In this document: one piece after another, positions 35,727-43,906 of the stretch
Position numbering within the stretch: the first letter of the stretch is position 1
Layout of the letters: each line of letters starts with the position of its first letter
NCBI GenBank assembly: GCA_965198315.1
Contig: OZ240616.1
Location: 1,159,096-1,223,095, forward strand
Direction of reading: 5' to 3'
Source of the DNA: Candidatus Aldehydirespiratoraceae bacterium
GTDB lineage: Bacteria > Actinomycetota > Acidimicrobiia > Acidimicrobiales > Aldehydirespiratoraceae
Length of the DNA stretch: 64,000 nucleotides
The notes under the pieces: generated by a model
What the model was told of the DNA's origin: nothing
What the model saw: only the letters and a program-made list of their open reading frames with translations
Databases searched by the model: none
Made by a program: the position numbers and the translations under genes

Positions 35727-37238
35727 TCAGCCAACTCCAGGGTGCGCCGACCGCCGCCTCAGTGCTGGAGTCGGTTCACCGAACAACCCTGTCTCGCCGC
35801 TGGTCGGCTGGGTCGGGGATGTTCGGGCTGTCTTGCTCGGTCGGGGATGTTCGGTCTTGCCCGCTCGGGGATCGTCTGGACTGCGCTTGCTGCGCCGGTT
35901 TCGGTTGGGGTTTGGGGTTGCCGGGTTGACTGCGGCTGCTGTGTCGGGTGGGATGCCCGGTCTCGGTTGGGGTTGCCGGGTTGACCTCGGCTGCTGTCCG
36001 GTCTCCGGTTGCCCGGTCCCGGTTGGGGTTGCCGGGTTGACTGCGGCTGCCGGGTCGGTTGGGTTGGGGGGTTTGAGGTGGTATTTGCCGGTGTCGGGGT
36101 CTCGGTGGATTTGCCAGTGGTGGTCGTGGATTTTGTGGTGGCAGTCATCACAGACCAACACGAGGTTGTCGAGGTCGGTGGGTCCGTTCTTTGACCACCA
36201 GATGATGTGATGAGCTCGGCACCACAGCGGGTTGGCGCCACAGCCGACACAGTGTTGGTCTCGTGCGATCAACGCGACCCGTTGAGCTTCACTAGCGGTG
36301 CGTTGTTTACGCCCCAGCCACATGTCTTGGGCTTTGGTGTCAAAGATCGAAGGCAACAGGTTGGCTTCGAGTGCCAGGCGATGCAGCTCAACGACAGGTA
36401 TTGGTGAACCATCGGCCAATCGGGGATTGTCGAGTTGTTGTTTGATCACATCGAAATCGGCGATCACCAACAGATCAGTGCCCGCAGTCTTGCCGTCACC
36501 TGCGGGTTGACAGATCAGCTCGGCCAACGCGTCAGCCATCCGCTGCTGGGGTGTGGGTCGCTTGTTGGGGTCTTCGCGGTGCCACAGTTGGCGTTCTTTG
36601 GCGGTCAACGCGGTGGCGATGCGCGCCCCGGTGATCTGGTCAAACTCACCGCTCAGCACGAACATGCCCGACTCAGGTGATTCGAAGATACGGGCTTTGC
36701 GGTTGTTGCGTTGACGATCCAACAACGATTGTCCATCGTCGTCAGCCACGTCTTGTTGATGCCGTTTCACAGTCTTAGCGAATTCATCGAAAGGCTCGGT
36801 GTTGGCTGCCTCTACCAGCAGCGCTTCATCAATAGTGCTCTCACCAGACGCACGGGCGATCAACCGGGCATGTCCTTGGGGGATCTCCCCAGACTCCAAC
36901 GCCTCACTCGTCGCCGGCAGTTCCGCCAACCGAGCCGCTGTTTCGACATCACGTTTGGCTTCGCGCTTCGATGCCTTCAGTTCGTCACGAACCAGACGCT
37001 GCGCATCGCCTTTGCTGTGACGACGGCTCAGCTCGGCCAACGCCCTAGATTTCATCGCCGCCAAACGGGACTCGGCACGACCCAACACCCCCAGTCGTGA
37101 CCGCAGAGCCTCATCAGACAACCCCACCTCGTCAACGCGCCCGACACACACCGACCCGGCAGTGCCGCAACCGACACCGACAGCGGGGTCCAACAGACCA
37201 GAGGCGGGAGCTGATTCCATGAACACAACCTTAGACAC
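35727..37238 (-). CDS. HNH endonuclease, DUF222 (13E12-repeat-like) family
   Basis: ORF track 503 aa. DUF222-type N-terminal region. HNH core HCVGCGANPLWCRAHHIIWWSKNGPTDLDNLVLVCDDCHHKIH. The last ~118 codons run through DNA-level tandem repeats and may not be genuine coding sequence. Confidence 0.8.
   Translation of the reverse strand: MSKVVFMESAPASGLLDPAVGVGCGTAGSVCVGRVDEVGLSDEALRSRLGVLGRAESRLAAMKSRALAELSRRHSKGDAQRLVRDELKASKREAKRDVETAARLAELPATSEALESGEIPQGHARLIARASGESTIDEALLVEAANTEPFDEFAKTVKRHQQDVADDDGQSLLDRQRNNRKARIFESPESGMFVLSGEFDQITGARIATALTAKERQLWHREDPNKRPTPQQRMADALAELICQPAGDGKTAGTDLLVIADFDVIKQQLDNPRLADGSPIPVVELHRLALEANLLPSIFDTKAQDMWLGRKQRTASEAQRVALIARDQHCVGCGANPLWCRAHHIIWWSKNGPTDLDNLVLVCDDCHHKIHDHHWQIHRDPDTGKYHLKPPNPTDPAAAVNPATPTGTGQPETGQQPRSTRQPQPRPGIPPDTAAAVNPATPNPNRNRRSKRSPDDPRAGKTEHPRPSKTARTSPTQPTSGETGLFGEPTPALRRRSAHPGVG
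35806..36075. repeat. two adjacent tandem-repeat families (24-28-bp unit x3; 55-56-bp unit x3), G/T-rich on the plus strand
   Basis: TCGGGGAT(G/C)(T)TCGG at 35813, 35841 and 35865. GGGGTTGCCGGGTTGAC at 35914, 35969 and 36025 (spacing 55 and 56 nt, not multiples of 3). Confidence 0.85.
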
Positions 37239-37373
37239 AGGGTGTGACAGTGACCCCTGTAATATAGTGAAACGCTAGAAAAAACTTTAAAATCCTTAGC
37301 CAGTGGTACCGGTGGGTCGCCCGCTCATCATTGTCGAGATCGTCGATTACCACTAGGAAGGAGATTCAGCGCC

Positions 37374-37622
37374 ATGACCACGACTTACACTCCCGCTGAG
37401 GTGTTCCCGCCGGGCGAGTACCTCCGCGATGAACTCGACGAGCGCGGATGGACTGTCACAGAGTTCGCGGGAATTATCGACCGTCCGCCACAGGCAGTGT
37501 CGGAGATTCTGAGTGGGAAGAAGGCGATCACCGCCGAGACAGCCTGCGCTTTTTCTGAATCGCTCGGCACCACTCCGGAGCTCTGGCTCAACCTTCAGAG
37601 CGCATATCGTCTCCACCGATAG
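37374..37622 (+). CDS. higA: HigA-family XRE antitoxin-like HTH protein (orphan; no HigB present)
   Basis: 82 aa. PPGEYLRDELDERGWTVTEFAGIIDRPPQAVSEILSGKKAITAETACAFSESLGTTPELWLNLQ matches the HigA antidote pattern. GGAAGGAG SD sits ~10 nt upstream. Confidence 0.75.
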   Translation: MTTTYTPAEVFPPGEYLRDELDERGWTVTEFAGIIDRPPQAVSEILSGKKAITAETACAFSESLGTTPELWLNLQSAYRLHR

Positions 37623-37931
37623 CGAGAAGCAATCACTCGGGACCATCCAAGCCCGGTGGCCCGCCGAGCGCGACTCCGCGCTACATGAGGTGCATCCAAG
37701 TGTTGTCGTTGGACGCGTTCGGAACGGCACCCGGAATTGGAGTCGTTACCGCAATCTGATCCCAAAGGCTCGGTCCAACTTCAAGACGCAGGACTGCCCT
37801 CATGACCGCAACCACCGAATCCGGCGAGCGTTCAGTGATCTGGGCCAAGGAGACTCAGAGCTTGCGTAGTGAGAGTGTTATCAATATATTTCATGTTGTG
37901 TAATGTCATACGCTTGTGCAAGGGTGTCGAC

Positions 37932-38459
37932 ATGTGTATTAGATGCCAGGGATACAACGAAGAGCAGGTCGGGCGGATGCATGATCTGATGATCGATGTG
38001 CATGGGTTTGTGATGACCCAGGTGCGAGGACACGGCCAGGACGCCTGGACGTACACGATGGGACTCAGGGAGGGGTTGGACCATCCCGATCTGCTGGTCG
38101 TGCAGTTGATGCCGGATGTACAAGCCGAGTTGGCGTCGAAGTTGGGGCAGATGGTGGTGGACGACGGACGGCTCGACCCCGAGGTCTTGGCGGTGTCCGA
38201 CATCGAACTCGTGCCAGTGGATCCGATGCATTTCCGAGATGGACTGGTTGCTGAGTGGGTCAACCGCTACCGCAGGTTCCCCGAGGAGGGAGATTTCCTG
38301 CAGGTCATGATGGGTTCAAGCATGCTGTGCGAATGCTGCCAGCACAAGATGCAGCGTCTCGATGATCCGGCGCCGTTGCGACTGCATCACCAGAACAGAC
38401 AACAACGCCGAGCCGCGCAGCGGCACCGCCCGAAGCCACCAAACAGTCGTCGGAAGTGA
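37932..38459 (+). CDS. DUF4262 domain protein
   Basis: ORF 37869..38459. ATG 37932 (MCIRCQGYNEE). HGFVMTQV..WTYTMGL..DHPDLLV pattern typical of DUF4262 (from memory). AT-rich upstream region. Confidence 0.6.
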   Translation: MCIRCQGYNEEQVGRMHDLMIDVHGFVMTQVRGHGQDAWTYTMGLREGLDHPDLLVVQLMPDVQAELASKLGQMVVDDGRLDPEVLAVSDIELVPVDPMHFRDGLVAEWVNRYRRFPEEGDFLQVMMGSSMLCECCQHKMQRLDDPAPLRLHHQNRQQRRAAQRHRPKPPNSRRK

Positions 38460-38525
38460 ACGACCACATCCAGAAGCACTCGGGCGTAACAGCAACCCTG
38501 AACGGAGACCCGTTACGGTTGGGAT

Positions 38526-38867
38526 ATGAGTCTTGCTGTTGAACCAACCGATCTAGCGGGTGTCGCGCAGCAGCATGGACCGGCGGCTTATGTGCTGACC
38601 ACCGGCGCGGACAAAAGGCCGCGGGTGATACATGTTGCGGTTGATGTCGCTGATGACGGCACTATCTCTGCGGTTGTCGGTAGGAGCGCGGCATCCAATG
38701 CGATCGACCGCCCCAACGTGTGCGTGTTGTGGCCGCCTGCTGCTGACGGGTTCAGCCTGATCGCCGACGGCACCGCAATCGTCAAAGGCGAACCCGGCCC
38801 CGGCACACCCATAACCATCACCGTGACTTCCGCCGTCAGACACCGACCTGCCCGCGGCCAGAACTAA
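38526..38867 (+). CDS. pyridoxamine 5'-phosphate oxidase-like (split-barrel) family protein, tentative
   Basis: ORF track 113 aa. PAAYVLTTGADKRPRVIHV...VCVLWPP...SLIADGTA resembles small PNPOx/F420-binding split-barrel proteins. Confidence 0.45.
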   Translation: MSLAVEPTDLAGVAQQHGPAAYVLTTGADKRPRVIHVAVDVADDGTISAVVGRSAASNAIDRPNVCVLWPPAADGFSLIADGTAIVKGEPGPGTPITITVTSAVRHRPARGQN

Positions 38868-39041
38868 CGAATACCCGCCCGGGGAGGTGCTGAGGGCACC
38901 ATCGGGCGGCGGGGAGTAGCTGACCGGGCGCTGTCGGCCACAATTGTGCCACACCGGAGCGCCAAGTCAACGCCCTCACCAACGAATTCGGTGTGTCGGT
39001 GGCCGACAAACCTTCTCGTACCTTCACGAGATGGCGAACCG

Positions 39042-40577
39042 TCAGGGACCGCAGACGCGCTGTCCGGTGAGGGGTGCTGGTTCACCTCCGTTGAGGTGCC
39101 GCAGAGCCAGGGCCGGGAGGCCGAGCGTGTCGGCCAGCGACGACCACGATGATCCAACCGAGACGTCCACGCACGTGACCGAATCCACGGCTCGCACCGC
39201 GGCCTCGCCCACAGTGAGCGCCGAGTTGACATGAGCCGTGATCGCCTCAACGAGCGCTATTCCCGCCGACTCATTTGGGTTCTGGTCGGTCATCACGGTC
39301 ATGGCGTAGGCCCCGCCGTGACCATCGCGCACAACGCCCGTCGTTCCCACTCGCCATCCGGCGCCGCGCAACGGGTAGAAGCCGTTCTTGAGGGCCGCCT
39401 CGTAGCCGTCGGGCAAGCCGGCCGTCACCCCCCAACTCTGGGCTGCGCTCACGCCCGACATCGTGTCCCATGCGGTGGCCACCGACTCAGCGTCCAGTGG
39501 ACCTCCACCCATAAGTAGCTTCTCGACCAGCACAGTTCGGTCCTCGGCTGTGCTGACCGTGGCGCCGTACCGCGCCGTGTGGCTCGTGCCGGCTATTCCG
39601 AACCGCGCATTGAGCGCTTCCATCCCGGCGGCCCCACCAATAGCGATGTACAACCGGGATGTGGGCGGGCTGTTGTGGCTGTAGTGCATCATCAACTTGA
39701 TGTCTGCGACTTCAGATGCACTGAGCGGGCGGCTCTCTTCCTGGGCTGCCAGCAGAACTCCGGCCAATACCTGCGCCTTGACCACGCTCGCGGTGGTGAT
39801 CGCCAGGTCCGGGTTGAGGTGATACCAGCACCCGCTACGAAGATCGTGCACCGCGGCGGTGAAGCGCGCACCATGGTGTGCTTCGCCGATTTCGGCGACG
39901 AAACCTCCGTCGAACAGGTCGCTGCACTGCCCGCCGGAGGCTTCGCAGTTCGCAGACGAGTCGTCGGGTTCGCCAGCAGCACTCCGGGGGGAGCCGAGCC
40001 AGCGCCAGACGAACGTGAGAAGTTCAGCCCAAGTGACCGGGGCGTCAGGATCGAAAATGGTGGTCGAGCGCCCTGTGGTAATCCGCTCGGCTGCCATCCA
40101 TCCCACAGGGGCGATCTCCCAGTCCCGTTTGACGTCGACAAAGCGGCTTGGCCGACCGTCGGGTCGCCCCGATGCGCGCCACAAGAACGCGGCCACCTGC
40201 GCCCTGGTCGTCGGGGCGTCGGGGCTGAACGTCGTCGGCGAGGTTCCTTGGGTGACTCCGTTGTTGGCGGCCCACGCCACGGGCACCTGTAACTCTCGAG
40301 CCTTGACGTCGAGAAAGGGATGGCGGTACCGGGCCTCCGGCTCATCAAGCGCTTTGTGTATGACCGTGATGACCTCTCCCCGTGACGTGGTAACGCCCAG
40401 TGTCACACAACCTTCCACCACCCCGGCGCCTTGCGCCCAAGCCACCGCATCGCGGTAGTACGGCACAGAGTCGGAGTCGCTTTGGCCCGCCGAAACAACC
40501 GACGCGGCAACCGCTGAGCAGACAGCCACAGTCACGAAAATCATCGTGAACAGCGCGATGGCAGCCCGGAGCCTCAT
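39042..40577 (-). CDS. secreted protein: signal peptide + three SLH-like repeats + class A beta-lactamase-like serine hydrolase domain
   Basis: ORF track 511 aa. N-terminal signal MRLRAAIALFTMIFVTVAVCSAVAA. Repeats: F(L/V)DVK...W(A/M)A..G(V/I)T.G.S..TF.PDAP.T(R/W)A. SxxK (SVVK), SHN and KNG motifs in the C-terminal half. Confidence 0.65.
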   Translation of the reverse strand: MRLRAAIALFTMIFVTVAVCSAVAASVVSAGQSDSDSVPYYRDAVAWAQGAGVVEGCVTLGVTTSRGEVITVIHKALDEPEARYRHPFLDVKARELQVPVAWAANNGVTQGTSPTTFSPDAPTTRAQVAAFLWRASGRPDGRPSRFVDVKRDWEIAPVGWMAAERITTGRSTTIFDPDAPVTWAELLTFVWRWLGSPRSAAGEPDDSSANCEASGGQCSDLFDGGFVAEIGEAHHGARFTAAVHDLRSGCWYHLNPDLAITTASVVKAQVLAGVLLAAQEESRPLSASEVADIKLMMHYSHNSPPTSRLYIAIGGAAGMEALNARFGIAGTSHTARYGATVSTAEDRTVLVEKLLMGGGPLDAESVATAWDTMSGVSAAQSWGVTAGLPDGYEAALKNGFYPLRGAGWRVGTTGVVRDGHGGAYAMTVMTDQNPNESAGIALVEAITAHVNSALTVGEAAVRAVDSVTCVDVSVGSSWSSLADTLGLPALALRHLNGGEPAPLTGQRVCGP

Positions 40578-40637
40578 GGTCGCCGAGCCTAAGCGGTGTG
40601 TTGCGCGCAGGGCATCTGGGCCGGTCAGGAGACCTAG

Positions 40638-41196
40638 GCTGATGGCTTGTCTGTTCTGCTGGCCGGTATGGCATCGGCTCTGTTGGTGACTTCTTCGCTG
40701 GTGTCGGTGGCCGTCGAACGGGCCACGCGGGTGCGGCGATAGCGATTGCCTGGGTGGCTTCGCTCGTCGGCGGAATTGTGGCTGGTGTCTATGTGCTGAT
40801 CTTTCAGCCGAAAGCAGTCAGTGTTGACGACCTGCTCTGGACGCTCGCCGCGATCCTGTTCTTGACGCGGGTGCCATGCCAGCCTTCTTGGTTCAAGCTG
40901 GTGCAGTGCTATTGATCCCACTTGTCGCCAGGACGTTCAGACCCATGGCACCTCTGCGAGCCGATGTTGTCCGTTTCGGTTTGCTGGTCGGATTTGTTGA
41001 TGCGGGTGCAATCATCGGCAGTGTGATTGCATATCAACGCGGCAACGTAGCGGTGGTTGCGGCGATCATTGGTTTCGCGCCAGTGGTGACGGTCTCTTTG
41101 GCGTGGCGCGTGTTCGGCGAGAAGGTCTGGCGTTGGCAGTGGGTCGGCGCCGGGTTGGCCACCGTCTCAATCTTGTTGTTCGCCGCTGCGGTGTGA
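40638..41196 (+). pseudogene. EamA/DMT-family transporter gene, 5'-truncated and frameshifted
   Basis: Three successive frames carry TM-like sequence. Frame 1: LSVLLAGMASALLVTSSLVSVAVERATRV (stop TAG 40740). Frame 2: AIAIAWVASLVGGIVAGVYVLIFQP...LWTLAAILFLTR. Frame 3: track ORF 40876..41196, ending in an EamA-like C-terminus GFAPVVTVSLAWRVFGEKVWRWQWVGAGLATVSILL. Confidence 0.5.
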
Positions 41197-41278
41197 CCAG
41201 CGCGCTTACTGTTATCTTTGGCCGAGCGCTTCGTCCCCCACCGCTGTCTCGCCTTGATCTAGCCGTTAGGGAATTCAA

Positions 41279-42502
41279 ATGACTCCAGCTCTGCTCCACC
41301 CGTTTGCCTCTCCGGCCAAGGCAGCAGGCGACTACCTGTCGCTTGTGCGTGGAGAGGGCAGTCGCGTCTTCGATGCCAGCGGCAAGTCCTATATTGATGG
41401 CCTCGCCAACCTTTGGTTGTGTCAGGTGGGTCACGCACGCCGTGAGATTATTGATGCAGTGACCGCTCAGATGAGCGAGCTTGAGTGCTACAACACCTTC
41501 AACCCCTTCACGAATCCGGCTGCTGATGCTGCCGCAGAATCGGTCAGGGCGCGCTCGCCACACCCCGATGGCCGTGTGTTCTTCGGGCTGGGCGGGTCCG
41601 ATGCAGTGGACACAGCCCTCAAATTGGCGCGCATGACGATGCAGCGCCGAGGCGATGCCGAACGCCAGGTCATTATCCGCCGTGAGGGCGGGTATCACGG
41701 AACCAATATGGGAGGCACGAGCGCTCAGGGCATCGCTTTGAATCGTCAAGGATGGGGTGATCTGGTACCCCACTTTGTTGAAGTCCCCCGCGACGACATC
41801 GAGGCTATGGCCCGAGCCTTCTCGGATCACGGCGAGCGTATTGCTGCGGTGATAACTGAGCCGGTGCAGGGCGCTGGAGGGGTGTGGCCACCCCCCGATG
41901 GGTATCTACCAGCGTTGCGGAGACTTTGTGACCTTCACGGTTCACTGCTGATTTTCGATGAGGTCATTTGCGGATTCGGCCGAACGGGAGAGTGGTTCGG
42001 CGCGCAGCGGTTCGGTGTCGTGCCCGACATGATGACCTTCGCCAAGGGGGTGACTTCGGGCTATCAGCCGTTGTCGGGTGTGATCGTGTCTCGTGCGTTG
42101 TGCGCGGAGATGGAAGATCCGGACTTCATTCTGCGCACCGGGTACACGTATTCGGGTCATCCGGCGTCGTGCGCGGCTGCTGTCGCCAACATTGATCTGA
42201 TCGACAGCGAAGGTCTTCTGGGAAGGGCAACCGATATCGGCGCCCAGCTCGAGACGGGTCTGAGAGCCCTCGCCGACGACGGCACAATCGAGAGTTGCCG
42301 CGGTATCGGGGCGGTGTGGGCGGCCGAACTCGGCTACGACACAATGGCCGTCTGGAATGCGCTGCTGGACCGCGGGGTGATCGTGCGGTCCATGGGTACT
42401 GCGCTGGGGATATGCCCGCCTCTCGTCGTCTCGACAGCTGAGGTTGACACCATCCTCGACGCCATCAGCGACGCTGTTGGGGCTACCCCCAGACCCGACT
42501 AG
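41279..42502 (+). CDS. class III (omega) aminotransferase, PLP-dependent
   Basis: ORF track 407 aa. GGSDAVDTALKLAR, FDEVICGFGRTGEWFG, TFAKGVTSGYQPLSG (PLP Lys). Confidence 0.85.
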   Translation: MTPALLHPFASPAKAAGDYLSLVRGEGSRVFDASGKSYIDGLANLWLCQVGHARREIIDAVTAQMSELECYNTFNPFTNPAADAAAESVRARSPHPDGRVFFGLGGSDAVDTALKLARMTMQRRGDAERQVIIRREGGYHGTNMGGTSAQGIALNRQGWGDLVPHFVEVPRDDIEAMARAFSDHGERIAAVITEPVQGAGGVWPPPDGYLPALRRLCDLHGSLLIFDEVICGFGRTGEWFGAQRFGVVPDMMTFAKGVTSGYQPLSGVIVSRALCAEMEDPDFILRTGYTYSGHPASCAAAVANIDLIDSEGLLGRATDIGAQLETGLRALADDGTIESCRGIGAVWAAELGYDTMAVWNALLDRGVIVRSMGTALGICPPLVVSTAEVDTILDAISDAVGATPRPD

Positions 42503-43818
42503 CCCGACCTCTTAGCGGCGAACTCGAAAACTATGTTGTTTTTGCTGGTCTCAATGTCGGTGTGGTCGAGGTGATGGATGACCGTGACTTTTTGCACGCC
42601 GCAGTCTCCGAAAGCGTCGCAACTGATCGTGCCGATGGTGCCCTGGTAGCCGCTCACGGCGTTGAGATGATTCCGAATGGAGGCCCGGTCGATCACCAGT
42701 TCGCCGTCGACGACCTCTGAGGCTGCTCGGATTGCTTCGAGGAGCAGCGTCGTAGCGTCATAGGCATGGGCCCAGTAGGCACCGCTCGGCGACTCCCCGT
42801 AGCTGTCTTGGTAGACCTGAAGGATCTCAGCGGCGGTTTTCCCGGTGCTTTCGTTGGCTTCGTTGCCGAATCTGGTGTCTGGACCAGAGATGTAGATGCC
42901 TTCGGATTGCGGTAGTGACATGAAACCGTCGATGAGCAACGCCGCGTCGGTCAGCAGTACCGCGTTCTCAAGGCCCGATACTCGTGGTGCTTGATCCGCG
43001 ATGAAGTCTCCGGCGGGCTGAAATATCGGGAAGAACAGTGCTTCCGGGTTGCCTGCCGCAATCTCGGTGAGTATCGGCACCATGTCGGTGTCTTCTTTGT
43101 TGACGGCGCTAACAGCTGTGACCGATCCGCCGAGGTTCACATAGCTGTCGGCAAAGGCCTGCGCTATCGATTGAGTGTAAGGATCGCCGTCGTGAACTGC
43201 CGCGGCCGTCGTTAACCCGAGCTGGTCGTACACCATACGGGCCATGGCTTCTCCCACATAGAGGCCGTTGTTTGAGGTGCGGTAGTAGCCGGGGCTGTGA
43301 TTCGGACCGGCGTTGCCGGCTAGATCCGAAGTGAGCAACGGGGACGTGTTCGACGGGGCGATCATCGTCATGCCCGCGTTGGTGATCAGCGGTGTTGCGG
43401 CGGTCGCTGCAACTGAACAGCTGGTGCCAATCACCCCGACAACGTCTTGGTCCGCGACGATGGTCTGAGCGGCGGCCTGTCCGCCGTCGCTGGAGCAGAA
43501 TTCGTCGAGTCCGGCTCCGAGGTTCACATCGAAGCCGTGTATTGGGCCGAAGTCGGCTATTGCCAACTCGACACCGCGTTGGTTGGGGATGCCCAGGTAG
43601 GCGACATCGCCAGTGATGGAGTTGAGCGAGCGAATCTGGATGGCGTCATCGGATGTCACGATCACGGTTCCGAGTGAGTCGTCGCCGGTGGTCGGTGCAC
43701 TGCTGGAACTGTCGTCTCCACAGGCCGACAAGGTTGCTAAAGAGGCTGCCAGAATCGTGTATCGAAGGATTCGTGCAACCGTTCTGGCGGTCATCTTTTT
43801 CGTCAGGATCTTGTCCAT
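42499..43818 (-). CDS. ABC transporter substrate-binding lipoprotein (type 1 PBP, LivJ/branched-chain amino acid-like), orphan
   Basis: ORF track 439 aa. Lipobox LATLSAC. IGTSCS.. and other PBP1 features. No adjacent permease or ATPase genes. Confidence 0.7.
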   Translation of the reverse strand: MDKILTKKMTARTVARILRYTILAASLATLSACGDDSSSSAPTTGDDSLGTVIVTSDDAIQIRSLNSITGDVAYLGIPNQRGVELAIADFGPIHGFDVNLGAGLDEFCSSDGGQAAAQTIVADQDVVGVIGTSCSVAATAATPLITNAGMTMIAPSNTSPLLTSDLAGNAGPNHSPGYYRTSNNGLYVGEAMARMVYDQLGLTTAAAVHDGDPYTQSIAQAFADSYVNLGGSVTAVSAVNKEDTDMVPILTEIAAGNPEALFFPIFQPAGDFIADQAPRVSGLENAVLLTDAALLIDGFMSLPQSEGIYISGPDTRFGNEANESTGKTAAEILQVYQDSYGESPSGAYWAHAYDATTLLLEAIRAASEVVDGELVIDRASIRNHLNAVSGYQGTIGTISCDAFGDCGVQKVTVIHHLDHTDIETSKNNIVFEFAAKRSG

Positions 43819-43906
43819 TGGAGCAGTATTACCGATCCCACGAACTTCTGTTGGGAGGGACCGCGGGCTAAAGCGCGTTTAGGCGTGCTGAGGTGTCTAT
43901 TGTTGG

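Noticed and set aside
35510-35929. 139-aa ORF taken at face value as an intact small gene
   Set aside because: Only the first ~62 residues resemble anything (the Lhr N-terminus). The remainder runs through the tandem-repeat DNA on the strand opposite the HNH gene tail.
37513-37869. 118-aa ORF overlapping and downstream of higA, considered as the missing HigB toxin
   Set aside because: It is in the wrong order and overlaps the antitoxin in another frame. Its N-terminal half is Arg/Ser-rich nonsense with no RelE/HigB features. Only a short internal piece is meaningful (see the ImmA/IrrE remnant finding).
42499-42502. Convergent aminotransferase and SBP genes share their stop codons in the palindrome CTAG
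   Set aside because: This is real but trivial. A 4-nt convergent overlap is common in compact genomes and implies no special mechanism.
43874-43897. Possible DtxR/IdeR iron box (TTTAGGCGTGCTGAGGTG) upstream of guaB and the SBP gene, prompted by the nearby DtxR-family regulator
   Set aside because: Only the first TTAGG half-site matches the TTAGGTTAGGCTAACCTAA consensus. There is no dyad symmetry.
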